DNA from: a virus
Length of the DNA: 64,000 nt
Reading direction: 5' to 3' (one strand)
Virus record (IMG/VR): IMGVR_UViG_2849712525_000001
Numbering within the stretch: position 1 is the first letter of the stretch; every line of letters begins with the position of its first letter. The notes beneath the pieces are model-generated. The model worked only from the letters and a program-made list of their open reading frames with translations, made no database searches and was not told the origin of the DNA. Below, piece after piece: positions 9,160 through 18,625 of the stretch. The position numbers and the translations under genes are program-made.

Positions 9160-11136
9160 TTATGCTTCCATAAAGAAGTTATTATCCAGTAATGATACCT
9201 CTTTAACCTCTTTAGCCTTTTCTAAAGTTAGAATGACTTCTGCCTCTTCTTTATTATTGACCAAAATGCACCCTTGTCCTGTAAGCAGAGCTTCTAAATA
9301 AGTCTGAAGAGTAAATTGAGATACTTTTTTCTTCCCAGTTCCTTCATCTTGTGACCCATTAAAGATAAGAATCCTTCTCTTAACATCTATATAGCCATAA
9401 TTCATAGCACGTCCAACTCCCTTTAAATGATGAGAAAAGAAACAATTCTTTTTATTATACAGTTTAACATCTTCTCCCAACTGGTTAACAGCTAGCATAC
9501 CAACAAAACACTCATCAATATCTTTGAAATTATCATATCCACTAAAGATATTAATAGAAGCATTTACAAAATCAAGTGACTGATTTTCTAAATCAACATC
9601 AATATACTCTGCAGCATTGCTATGCGTAATGTCTCCTGACATAACAATTCCTTCTTTTTTATAGTGACTGTTCCACCCAATATGAATATCTTCCCCTTCA
9701 AGATTTCGTGCAAATGCATGTAAATCTATATCAACTCGTCTTTTATCATTCCAGTAGACAAAGAATCTCAATCTCTTCACAGCATCTGGAATCTTCAATG
9801 CTAATCCGCTTCGAATATAGCCTCCCTCCTGAGATTTTGAGTTCGTTTCTATCAGGGAGTTTTCAAGACTGATATTATTCATTTCAAGATATACCGAACG
9901 TCCAGTCAAAGCTGTTTTCAATGTTGTGGCTTTAGCTTCAAAGACTGCAAGGCAGATATTATAAACATCACGTGCTTCCTCCTCTTTTTCACCTTCAAAC
10001 TCCTGACCAAAATGAGTGAGAATGCTTACCAATGTCTGCATACTTAAGCTTTCAACATGCTGAATCAATTCCATCTGAATCTTTTCAGGAGAATATCCTA
10101 ATCTCACTAACCATGAAACCATTCTCAGTAGAGTTCCTGGATGCTGTCCAATAAAAGATACAGCATTTTCATCTTTTATAGAAAGCAAGTCATGAACTTT
10201 AGAATACCAGGAATGAAGCTCCTTTTGTCTTAAAGACTTAACAGCCTGATTATGTTTTCGACTTCTTGAATACTCCTGATAATCAAGAGCCTGTAGTGCA
10301 AATAAAGTCTCTTCTCTTTTCTTATTCGAAATCATAATATTGACTTTGAAATCTGAAATAGGGAAACTTTCTAAAACCCTTACAAACATCTTTTTATTTG
10401 ACTTTGTAAAATGATAATGGTTTCTTTTGTATACATATGATATGACTCTTAGAACATCCCCTGTATGCTGACAAATAGATGACATTGCCTTTATAAACTG
10501 TTCTTTTTTCATTGTCTCGAAAAATACCCAAGATAATTCCAATAAATTCTCCTTAAACTGAATAGAAGTATCTTTTAGGATATGTTCTGGGATATGAATA
10601 CATGCCATTGAAATCATTTCTTTTTCAGGGATTGTCATTCTCTCTCTCTTAGAAAGAATACGGATAAAAGGAGTTTGATATTGGTTTGTTTGGGGAATTA
10701 ATTCTAATACCTTAGCCTCCAATAATTTATCATCTTCTCTTGTTTTGATGCTTTCTTTAACATTAGGAAGCCAACCTTTAGCAACTTCTACAGGAAACAA
10801 TGATTCAACTCCATAAGTGGAGAAATAATGAACAAGCTGATGCATACGATATGTTGCTTCATCTATTTCCATAACCTGAGTTGGAAAATCAGGATACATA
10901 GGCTTTGCTGGTATTTCGTCCATTAGGGAAAGTAAAGAGTGATAAAAGGTATCTAGAGATAACGACTGAGCTAATAAAATAATATCTTTAGCATTTAATG
11001 TATAACCTAAAGAGAGCAGATTTTCATTTAATGTCACTGCTTTTGTCAAACGTTCATGAGTTAAAGAAAACTCCTCTGTGTTGTCATATAAAGCAATTCT
11101 TAATTCAGATAATAATAATTTTTCATATTTTTGCAT
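9160..11136 (-). CDS. large protein with C-terminal TerD-like domain
   Basis: C-terminal IHIGWNSHYKKEGIVMSGDITHSNAAEYIDVDL parallels TerD VFFGNLRS..HSGDNLTGEGDGDDEVIHVDL with a shortened acidic loop; 658 aa; GGAGGTG RBS. Confidence 0.55.
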   Translation of the reverse strand: MQKYEKLLLSELRIALYDNTEEFSLTHERLTKAVTLNENLLSLGYTLNAKDIILLAQSLSLDTFYHSLLSLMDEIPAKPMYPDFPTQVMEIDEATYRMHQLVHYFSTYGVESLFPVEVAKGWLPNVKESIKTREDDKLLEAKVLELIPQTNQYQTPFIRILSKRERMTIPEKEMISMACIHIPEHILKDTSIQFKENLLELSWVFFETMKKEQFIKAMSSICQHTGDVLRVISYVYKRNHYHFTKSNKKMFVRVLESFPISDFKVNIMISNKKREETLFALQALDYQEYSRSRKHNQAVKSLRQKELHSWYSKVHDLLSIKDENAVSFIGQHPGTLLRMVSWLVRLGYSPEKIQMELIQHVESLSMQTLVSILTHFGQEFEGEKEEEARDVYNICLAVFEAKATTLKTALTGRSVYLEMNNISLENSLIETNSKSQEGGYIRSGLALKIPDAVKRLRFFVYWNDKRRVDIDLHAFARNLEGEDIHIGWNSHYKKEGIVMSGDITHSNAAEYIDVDLENQSLDFVNASINIFSGYDNFKDIDECFVGMLAVNQLGEDVKLYNKKNCFFSHHLKGVGRAMNYGYIDVKRRILIFNGSQDEGTGKKKVSQFTLQTYLEALLTGQGCILVNNKEEAEVILTLEKAKEVKEVSLLDNNFFMEA

Positions 11137-11154
11137 ATCTGCACCTCCATTAAT

Positions 11155-11182
11155 TTAAAAAAAGAGGAGTCAAAGACTCCAT
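11155..11182 (-). terminator. intrinsic terminator/attenuator in 5' leader of 9160..11136
   Basis: Minus-strand hairpin GGAGTCTTTGACTCC then U-run, just upstream of the RBS and 250 nt downstream of the promoter; competing pairing ttgtagca/tgctacaa upstream. Confidence 0.4.
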
Positions 11183-11430
11183 GTGAGCAATCTTGTAGCA
11201 GTTCTTCTTTTCCCTTCATATTTACAAGATTTTGAATCAAAAGGATGCTACAACATAATAGAAAAGAAGTTCGCCCACAGCTGAACAATCCGATAGCAAT
11301 AAAGTTCTTTTTCTGCAAAATGTCTTCTTTACAAAATAAAAGGAAGCTATCATATATAAATTTATTGAAATAACAATAAATTTGAAAAAAGAACCACGTC
11401 CAGCGATTAATCTCTTTTCATTGCATAACT

Positions 11431-11459
11431 ATTATAACATATAATTTGTTTTTAGTCAA
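11431..11459 (-). promoter_or_regulatory. sigma-A type promoter TTGACT-N17-TGTTATAAT (copy 2 of 3)
   Basis: Same -35/-10 elements and spacing as 5171-5199 and 22431-22459. Confidence 0.5.
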
Positions 11460-11526
11460 TTATATTTAAGATTATATGTCTTATTCTTAATTTCTTAAAT
11501 GGTTATAAGTAGGTGTATTTCATTAC

Positions 11527-12786
11527 TTATTTTTTAACCCTTTCATTTTCTTTCACATCTATTTTACATTTTTCAGTCTTAATTGGTACTTTGTTATAAT
11601 CAGTTAGGTAAGCAAATTCACCTTTCTCTACAAAATATGTTTTGATTTCGCTCTCTTCGTCATCACTCTTTATCATTTTTGTGTCAATTATTTTCATAAT
11701 GATTTTTTCATTGTTTTTATTTTCTAATAACAAATATTTGTTTTCTTGATTTTCTTCAATAATATGATGTATTTCTTCATCAAGAAGGATATCTATTCCT
11801 TTATTATAGAAATTATCTAGCAAAGATGACATACTGTAGATAAAATAACATGTCATTGCGAAAATAATAAGTATAGAAGATACAAGATAAAGAAATGTTT
11901 TTATTTGCATTTTATTATCTACATCTTCCTTTTTTTCTTCTTCATCTTGATTATCTTGATTAACTTCTTTTTTTTGAGTGACTTTTTTACCTTTATTTAA
12001 GTAACCTAGCCTATCTAATCCATCAACAAAGTAAGGTATATAAATAATATATGAAATTATAAAACTAATACTTAACCATCCTTGAGCTTCAATTTGTTTT
12101 AAACTATATATAAACCACACAGTCATACCAATAATAATGGCTATTGTACAACAACTTCTTATTACAATATTTTTTTGTGCTATAAAAACAATATAACCAA
12201 AATAACATAATATCATAATAAGAAATATAACAATTGGTTTTATTATGAATTGAATTATTTCAATAGTTCCTGTATTCCCATAAAATATCAAAGTACAAAT
12301 AATAAAAAGTAATGTTATCTCCATGAACACACAGGGGAAAAATATAACCTTATATACTAATTTATTCTTAAATTTATACATAATAATTGCTTCTATAAAA
12401 ATTATAAAACAAACCGACAGGCCAACAATCAAATTACTCCAGTACGAAGAAACTTCAACATTTAAAGGAATATTATTTAGTCCCAAATATTCACAGTATC
12501 CCTCTGTCATAATTTGATTAAAATACCCCATTAACCATGGAAAGATACCAACAGTAATTGCAAATATAGCCCCAAAACTCGTTGCATTCTTTAAAAAGAA
12601 AAACAAAAAAGGATATTTCTTCTGTAACTTATCCTCAGCGGGGGTGTTTGTCTCACCCTTTTCTGGATTTTCAGCCAATTTTACTTTTTTGTCTTCTTCC
12701 ATTTCTTGAGAAGTGGGTTCACCTTTTTGTTTCAGATTTATCTGTTCATTTTTTAATTGTTTCTTTGGATTCTTTCTTTTGCTCAT
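11527..12786 (-). CDS. polytopic membrane protein, paralog of 50967..52004
   Basis: 419 aa, many TM helices; shares YPFLFFFLKNATSFG start and C-terminal KYLLLEN..IIMKIID..GEFAYL block with the 345-aa protein at 50967. Confidence 0.55.
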   Translation of the reverse strand: MSKRKNPKKQLKNEQINLKQKGEPTSQEMEEDKKVKLAENPEKGETNTPAEDKLQKKYPFLFFFLKNATSFGAIFAITVGIFPWLMGYFNQIMTEGYCEYLGLNNIPLNVEVSSYWSNLIVGLSVCFIIFIEAIIMYKFKNKLVYKVIFFPCVFMEITLLFIICTLIFYGNTGTIEIIQFIIKPIVIFLIMILCYFGYIVFIAQKNIVIRSCCTIAIIIGMTVWFIYSLKQIEAQGWLSISFIISYIIYIPYFVDGLDRLGYLNKGKKVTQKKEVNQDNQDEEEKKEDVDNKMQIKTFLYLVSSILIIFAMTCYFIYSMSSLLDNFYNKGIDILLDEEIHHIIEENQENKYLLLENKNNEKIIMKIIDTKMIKSDDEESEIKTYFVEKGEFAYLTDYNKVPIKTEKCKIDVKENERVKK

Positions 12787-12915
12787 TGTATCATTCCTTT
12801 CTTTAACTTCTCACAAATCTCTGTCATCATTATACAAAATTCAACAATTGAAAATCAAACAAACAAAGCAAAATAACAAGAAACTCAACCTTTTAGCAGC
12901 AAAAAAAGAGGATTC

Positions 12916-13197
12916 TCATAAAATCCTCCTAAAAAACACAAAACTTCCTACAATTACGCTGATATAGTATATATAATATGGCATACTCAATATATATATC
13001 ACTTCTTTATTCACACCACAATCTATCCACCTACTTTTATAATCTTTCCATATATAGGCTATAAAACATCCATGAACAATCCCCATTGGGCCTATAAAAA
13101 TAAGAAATATATTGTATCTCATCAAAAATAAAATAAGTAATAATAAGCCAAATACAAACCAAAATTGCAGCCATTTCCTAACATATTTATTTTTCAT
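12916..13197 (-). CDS. small hydrophobic protein, hypothetical
   Basis: 93-aa ORF, two predicted TM helices; weak. Confidence 0.3.
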   Translation of the reverse strand: MKNKYVRKWLQFWFVFGLLLLILFLMRYNIFLIFIGPMGIVHGCFIAYIWKDYKSRWIDCGVNKEVIYILSMPYYIYYISVIVGSFVFFRRIL

Positions 13198-13285
13198 TGA
13201 TATTTTCTATAGAAATATTAGCATCTCCTACCAAATATTTTATGACGAACACTCACTTTTTGCGTGTTGCTTTATAAAATAATGA

Positions 13286-13360
13286 TGGTGATTGTAGCAC
13301 AATGGTAGTGCGGTGGATTGTGGCTCCAACTATACGGGTTCGACTCCCGTCTTTCACACC
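13286..13360 (+). tRNA. tRNA-His-like (anticodon GTG), aberrant acceptor stem
   Basis: Plus-strand T-arm ACGGG-TTCGACT-CCCGT, anticodon loop TTGTGGC, extra 5' G as in tRNA-His, encoded CCA; acceptor stem has two U-U mismatches and A discriminator. Confidence 0.4.
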
Positions 13361-13729
13361 AAAGAAGAAATTTATTATAATGAAAAGACATCTGGGCATT
13401 TTGTGCCCATAAGTGATTTCACAATACAAGAGAACAATAACTTTATCAGATATAATCAAAGAAGGTAAATTTTAAATCAGTCATAACAAAAGAACTTATG
13501 TATCTGCGAAGTTGTGCCAGTAACATGAGACCGACGTAAAAGGCAATAGGGGACAATGACTCATATCAATTGAGAAACAGAAGAAAAACTTGGAAAAGCC
13601 TATGTTAGACACTTGAAGAGTTAGGGTTCATAGGAAAGTTCGCAATATATTTATATTTCAATACTTAGATTTAAGTGAATTAGAAATAAAAAAGACTCTA
13701 TAAATGATATTCATTTATAGAGTAAGATT

Positions 13730-14017
13730 CTATTTATTTTTTTTTTGCTTATGAAGAATAATACTATTTAAAACTACCCACACGAGAATAGAAATTAAAT
13801 GAAAAGGATATAAAAATCCATTTTTATTTAATTCTTCTGTGATATGAGGAAGATATCCATTGAAATATACAAACAAATATATTGAAATAAAAGAAACTAT
13901 TAATCCTCCCTCAATAAATATAATGTATTTTTTTAAATCATTTTTTTTAATAAGTTTTAGAATATTAATAAAGATTAATAATAAAGTAATGGTTTCAATT
14001 AAAAAGTAAAATATCAT
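13730..14017 (-). CDS. small membrane protein
   Basis: 95 aa, 3 TM helices, start overlaps upstream stop (ATGA), translationally coupled. Confidence 0.4.
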   Translation of the reverse strand: MIFYFLIETITLLLIFINILKLIKKNDLKKYIIFIEGGLIVSFISIYLFVYFNGYLPHITEELNKNGFLYPFHLISILVWVVLNSIILHKQKKNK

Positions 14018-14817
14018 TTTTTCACATAAGTTCCTTTTCCATACATTATTCCAGGGTCTTTAGCAATTGGATAAGTTGGCCATAAATCAGATGCAGAATG
14101 ACCATACCATTTTCCTTGATAAGAAGTATTATATGCTGCATGAATAAGTCCTACACCAGCTTCATGGGCTCTTATATATGGTCTTTGTTTCGTAAAAGTA
14201 CTGTATTCTTCTAATATAAGATATGCACCAATAAAAGTTGTTCCGCAACCAAGCCAAGTTGCAAAAGCTGTTGCTATACTCTTTTGTATTCCTTTGTTTA
14301 TAAGATGATTAACAGCTTTAGTTAAGCTCCATCCAGCAATTTCTGTAATACTACCTTTAAACACTGAAACATATGAACTTGAATTAAACCCTGCCACCAT
14401 ATTTTTTACTTCATTGTAAGTCATATATTCAACACTTTTCATCCATACATTACCATTACTATTAACATTTGGTGCTCCACTCGTATATTTCCAATAGGCA
14501 CCATTTGGTGCAGTTCCGTGAGATGTACCACTTAAAATGCCATCAAATAAACCAAATGTTGATACTGTTGGAACTTGTAAAGACACTATAGCTTCTTTAC
14601 CCTTTTCTTCTAAATACTGTGTAAACATCGGCGAGGTTTCTTCATTTAAAATATAAGGGTTTTCAGCACTTCCGTCACCAGCAATAATAGATTCAGATAT
14701 TTCTTTTTCATAAATATCATCTAAATCTGCTGCGAATACTGGGGTTACATTTATAGCAGCAAAAGTTAATGCTAAAATTGATACCCCAACAAAAAAATTC
14801 TTAAAACTGAGCTTCAT
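14014..14817 (-). CDS. secreted hypothetical protein
   Basis: Signal peptide MKLSFKNFFVGVSILALTFAAINVTPVFAAD; 267 aa. Confidence 0.55.
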   Translation of the reverse strand: MKLSFKNFFVGVSILALTFAAINVTPVFAADLDDIYEKEISESIIAGDGSAENPYILNEETSPMFTQYLEEKGKEAIVSLQVPTVSTFGLFDGILSGTSHGTAPNGAYWKYTSGAPNVNSNGNVWMKSVEYMTYNEVKNMVAGFNSSSYVSVFKGSITEIAGWSLTKAVNHLINKGIQKSIATAFATWLGCGTTFIGAYLILEEYSTFTKQRPYIRAHEAGVGLIHAAYNTSYQGKWYGHSASDLWPTYPIAKDPGIMYGKGTYVKK

Positions 14818-15011
14818 AATACATTCCTCCCTTTTGAAACTCTTGAAATAAGAGTTGATTTATAATATAAATGTAGCATGATTTAAAGAAATTGTAAATA
14901 TGTAACAGGTTTTTATATGATTTTATACTTTGCAAAAGAAAGTAATAAGTTAAGTATTATAAATTTAAATAAATAAAAGGTACTAAAGTATCTTAATGAG
15001 GTGATTTTTAA

Positions 15012-15614
15012 ATGATATCAAAAGCTGTTGAAGATGAATTTAATCATCTTGTCACTTCTCAAAAAAACTTTTTCAACGACCATTCAGAAAATGTGTCAAT
15101 GTATATAAAAAGATTTGTTGAGAGATTGGACAAGGATATCCCTTCGTTAAACTTAACTGATTTATTTAAGTTTCATGTTGAATTGGCGGCTCTTGTTCAT
15201 GATATAAGGAAACTTGCTATTCCTTTGGAAATTCTTTCAAAAAAGAAAACATTAACAAATAGGGAATATCAGATTATTCAAAATCATACTCAATATGGAA
15301 CATATTATCTCTGTAATCTTTTTAAATACTGTAAAACAGATGAAGATTTTGATTTTGCAAGCGTTTGCCAAAATATTGTCTTATATCATCATGAAAGAAA
15401 TAATGGGAGTGGATATTTGCAGAATTTAAAGGGAGATACTATCCCTTTAGAAGCAAAAATAGTTGCAATTGTAGATAGTTATGATGCTTTAACATCTCAA
15501 AGATGCTACAAGCAAACACTAACGACGCAAGAGGCTATTCAGAGATTATTGGAAGAATCTTCTCAATATGATGAAAGATTGCTGAAAGTATTTATAAGGA
15601 GTTTAAAAGAGTAA
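15012..15614 (+). CDS. HD-GYP-type HD domain phosphohydrolase
   Basis: LVHDIRK (HD) and YHHERNNGSGYL (HHE..GSGYP-like) motifs; GAGGTG RBS. Confidence 0.7.
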   Translation: MISKAVEDEFNHLVTSQKNFFNDHSENVSMYIKRFVERLDKDIPSLNLTDLFKFHVELAALVHDIRKLAIPLEILSKKKTLTNREYQIIQNHTQYGTYYLCNLFKYCKTDEDFDFASVCQNIVLYHHERNNGSGYLQNLKGDTIPLEAKIVAIVDSYDALTSQRCYKQTLTTQEAIQRLLEESSQYDERLLKVFIRSLKE

Positions 15615-15641
15615 AAAGAATAAAAGAACGGAGGTGAGATA

Positions 15642-15851
15642 ATGAAATATAAACTAGAAATACAGAGTAATGGATTCAATATTGAAGAAAGCAGAATCAT
15701 TAAGGAAGTTAAGGATTCCTTAAAACATAAAAAAATAATTCTTAACAAGATTAATGATTTGGAAATCTATTATGTAACTGATAAAAAGATTATTTATTAT
15801 AATGGGCTATATAATGATGAAATCGTTAAAGGTGAAATCTATATTATATAA
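15642..15851 (+). CDS. hypothetical small protein
   Basis: 69-aa ORF with GGAGGTGAG RBS. Confidence 0.4.
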   Translation: MKYKLEIQSNGFNIEESRIIKEVKDSLKHKKIILNKINDLEIYYVTDKKIIYYNGLYNDEIVKGEIYII

Positions 15852-16015
15852 ATCATGATAGAATACAACAGTTCTATTTTTCTTTATCCTAATAATCTAT
15901 GGTAAAATAGAATTATGGAAATCGTGAGAGGACCTGTATAATATTGGCTGTTCACTTGGAGAGGTGAATGGCTTTCTTTTCACGATTTTTATAAGTATTC
16001 AGTGAGGTGAAGACA

Positions 16016-16267
16016 ATGTCATATACTGAAAAAAGACATAATAGAGCAGTTTCTAGAAAGAATGAATTCAGGATTATTGAAAGAAAGAAAAAGATTTTGG
16101 ATAGTTATGGTGAGGGAGTTTTAGAGGAATTCACAAATGGGCAAACACATAGACTTGCTAAAAGTAAAATCCATTGCAGCTGTCCAATGTGTCAGGCAAA
16201 GACAAGAGCAATTGGATGGAAACATTCTGATAAAGTAAAGATTGAAAGATGCAATTATGTAGAATAA
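16016..16267 (+). CDS. hypothetical small Cys-containing protein
   Basis: ORF with GAGGTGAAG RBS; CSCPMCQ motif; start set at ATG (MSYTEK). Confidence 0.45.
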   Translation: MSYTEKRHNRAVSRKNEFRIIERKKKILDSYGEGVLEEFTNGQTHRLAKSKIHCSCPMCQAKTRAIGWKHSDKVKIERCNYVE

Positions 16268-16449
16268 AGTTCCATAGTTTATAAATATTATATTATGATA
16301 AGGAAAAGACGTATCAAATGAGGTATGTCTTTTTCTTTATATAATGACAGCAGAGGGAAAACAGATAAATATTTGTTGTTTTCATAAATATATATAAAAA
16401 ATTATTGTAAAAATAACAAATAAATGATATAATAGACTCATAAAGAAAG

Positions 16450-16513
16450 GACAGGTGCAAATAAATGACAAAGCATATAAAAAAAGAATGCACCTGTCTG
16501 CATTCTTTTTTTG
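16450..16513 (+). promoter_or_regulatory. leader attenuator (mutually exclusive hairpins) upstream of flotillin gene
   Basis: 10-bp stem GACAGGTGCA/TGCACCTGTC overlaps the 5' arm of terminator AGAATGCA-CCTGTC-TGCATTCT + U7. Confidence 0.4.
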
Positions 16514-16586
16514 AGGTGAAGACATGAAATAAGAAAGTTTAACAAATAAGAATGAAACAATTGAATAAAAAGAAAGGAGGTAGATT

Positions 16587-18044
16587 ATGTTAGATTTTTT
16601 AATGAATACTGGAGTGATTACAAGTGTTTTAGTAGGAGCTCTTATTTTAGTGATTGTATTGACAGGATATGTCAAGGCATCACCAGACACTGCGTATATT
16701 ATTTCAGGACTGAGAAAACAACCAAAGGTTTTAATTGGGAAAGCAGGAATTAAAATTCCATTTCTAGAGAAGAAAGATGAATTGAATTTACAGTTAATTC
16801 CCATTGATGTCAAAACGTCTAGTGCTGTACCAACTGCTGACTATATCAACATTAATGTAGATGCAGCAGTCAATGTCAAGATTAGTGATAACAGTGAACG
16901 TTTAGGATTAGCTGCACAGAACTTCTTGAATAAGAGAGTTGATTATATTGCCAATGTTGCAAGAGAAGTTTTGGAAGGGAATATGCGTGAAATCGTAGGA
17001 CGTATGAATCTTGAGGAAATGGTTTCCGATAGACAGAAGTTTGCTGAATTGGTAAAGGAGAATGCTGAACCTGATTTGGCAAAGATGGGTTTGGATATTG
17101 TTTCGTTTAATGTTCAGAATTTTGTTGATGGTAATGGTGTTATTGAAAATCTTGGGGTTGACAATATTGTAAAGATTCAAAAAAATGCAGCAATTTCTCG
17201 TGCTGTGAGTGAAAGAGATATTGCTCAGGCTCAGTCAAAAGCATTCCAAGAAGCAAATGATGCAAAAATTGCTGCTGAAACAATCATTGCAGAAAAGAAT
17301 AATGAATTAGCTATCAAAAAAGCTGAATTAAAGAAGACTGCAGATGCAAAACAAGCTGAAGCAGATGCAGCATATACAATTCAGCAGGAACAGTCTCGTA
17401 AAGCAATTGAAATTGCAACAGCTGACGCAAATATTATGAGACAGGAAAAAGAAATTGAATTGAGACGTAAAGACGTTGAAGTTACAGAACAGGAACTTGA
17501 TGCAAAAATCAAGAAGCAAGCTGAAGCAGAAAAATTTGCTGCACAGCAAAGAGCAGAGGCTGATTTATATGCACGTCAGCAAAATGCAGAAGCGTGGAAA
17601 TTTGAGCAGGAAAAAGAAGCTCAAGCCAAGAAAGCACAAGCTGAAGCCTTAAAATATCAAATGGAGCAGGAAGCCTCAGGTATCCGTGCAAAAGGGGAAG
17701 CAGAAGCCAAGGCTATTGAAGCCAAAGGTATTGCTGAAGCTGAAGCATTAGATAAAAAAGCTGAAGCGATGAAAAAATATGGCGAAGCAGCAATTGCAGA
17801 AATGTACTTCAATGCATGGCCAAAAGCAGTTGAAGCGGCAGCCAAACCACTTGAAAAGATTGGCAACATTACAATGTATGGTGAAGGGAATAGCGCAAAA
17901 CTGATTGAGGATGTCATGAAGACAACTCATCAAGTAAATACAGGAATGGAACAAGGGTTGGGCTTAAATCTTAATCAGATTCTTGGGTCATTAGTTGGAG
18001 TGAAAGCATTGGAAAAAATGAGTAATGATAAGAGAGAGGATTAA
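16587..18044 (+). CDS. flotillin-like SPFH/band-7 domain protein
   Basis: N-terminal TM helix, SPFH region, long Ala/Glu/Lys-rich coiled coil (flotillin architecture); AAAGGAGG RBS; 485 aa. Confidence 0.85.
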   Translation: MLDFLMNTGVITSVLVGALILVIVLTGYVKASPDTAYIISGLRKQPKVLIGKAGIKIPFLEKKDELNLQLIPIDVKTSSAVPTADYININVDAAVNVKISDNSERLGLAAQNFLNKRVDYIANVAREVLEGNMREIVGRMNLEEMVSDRQKFAELVKENAEPDLAKMGLDIVSFNVQNFVDGNGVIENLGVDNIVKIQKNAAISRAVSERDIAQAQSKAFQEANDAKIAAETIIAEKNNELAIKKAELKKTADAKQAEADAAYTIQQEQSRKAIEIATADANIMRQEKEIELRRKDVEVTEQELDAKIKKQAEAEKFAAQQRAEADLYARQQNAEAWKFEQEKEAQAKKAQAEALKYQMEQEASGIRAKGEAEAKAIEAKGIAEAEALDKKAEAMKKYGEAAIAEMYFNAWPKAVEAAAKPLEKIGNITMYGEGNSAKLIEDVMKTTHQVNTGMEQGLGLNLNQILGSLVGVKALEKMSNDKRED

Positions 18045-18078
18045 TACCTCTCTTTTTAATAAAATATGAGGTTCAAAA

Positions 18079-18399
18079 ATGTGGAAAGAGAAAAAAGAAA
18101 GTTATGTATTGGAGTATTGCTACCAAAATGGTTTCGTTTCAATACCCTTCAAATTCTCCAAAAGTCTTACCTTAAAGATTGTAACTTATACAGATTTAGA
18201 AGTCACTGGTCTTAGGACAGCAAAACTCCTTTGCAATTTGAAGGGTGCAGGCAAGGTTGCATTATGGAAGATAAAACAAGATATTAAGGCAAAAGAAAAT
18301 TATCTCATAACAGATGAAAAATATCTTCAAGATGCTTGTTACAATCTTTATTTATCTTCTCATATTCTTTACATAGTGAAAATGGATACAAAAAAATAA
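18079..18399 (+). CDS. hypothetical protein
   Basis: 106-aa ORF with RBS. Confidence 0.4.
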   Translation: MWKEKKESYVLEYCYQNGFVSIPFKFSKSLTLKIVTYTDLEVTGLRTAKLLCNLKGAGKVALWKIKQDIKAKENYLITDEKYLQDACYNLYLSSHILYIVKMDTKK

Positions 18400-18424
18400 A
18401 TAAGAGGAAATAGGATATGAATGA

Positions 18425-18500
18425 TGGTACCCAATATAGGAATCGAACCTATAATTGATGGTTCGTAGCCATCTGTTTTATCCATTAGACTAATTGGGTA
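18425..18500 (-). tRNA. tRNA-Arg (anticodon ACG)
   Basis: Minus-strand cloverleaf, T-loop TTCGATT, anticodon loop CTACGAA, CCA encoded. Confidence 0.8.
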
Positions 18501-18507
18501 TGTTTTT

Positions 18508-18581
18508 TGGAGGCCTCGACCAGACTTGAACTGGTATAAATAGGGTTGCAGCCTATTGCATAGCCATTCTGCCACGAGGTC
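18508..18581 (-). tRNA. tRNA-Cys (anticodon GCA)
   Basis: Anticodon arm ATAGG-CTGCAAC-CCTAT, T-arm ACCAG-TTCAAGT-CTGGT, CCA encoded; A2-C71 mismatch. Confidence 0.7.
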
Positions 18582-18625
18582 GCAAATATTTTCTTTTTGT
18601 TTTACAATATTTTAACTTTATATTT

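Noticed and set aside
16382-17954. Minus-strand ORFs (16382..16813, 16882..17180, 17328..17954) overlapping the flotillin gene
   Set aside because: They lie antisense to a strongly supported coding region; the repetitive GCT/GAA codons of the Ala/Glu-rich coiled coil create open antisense frames
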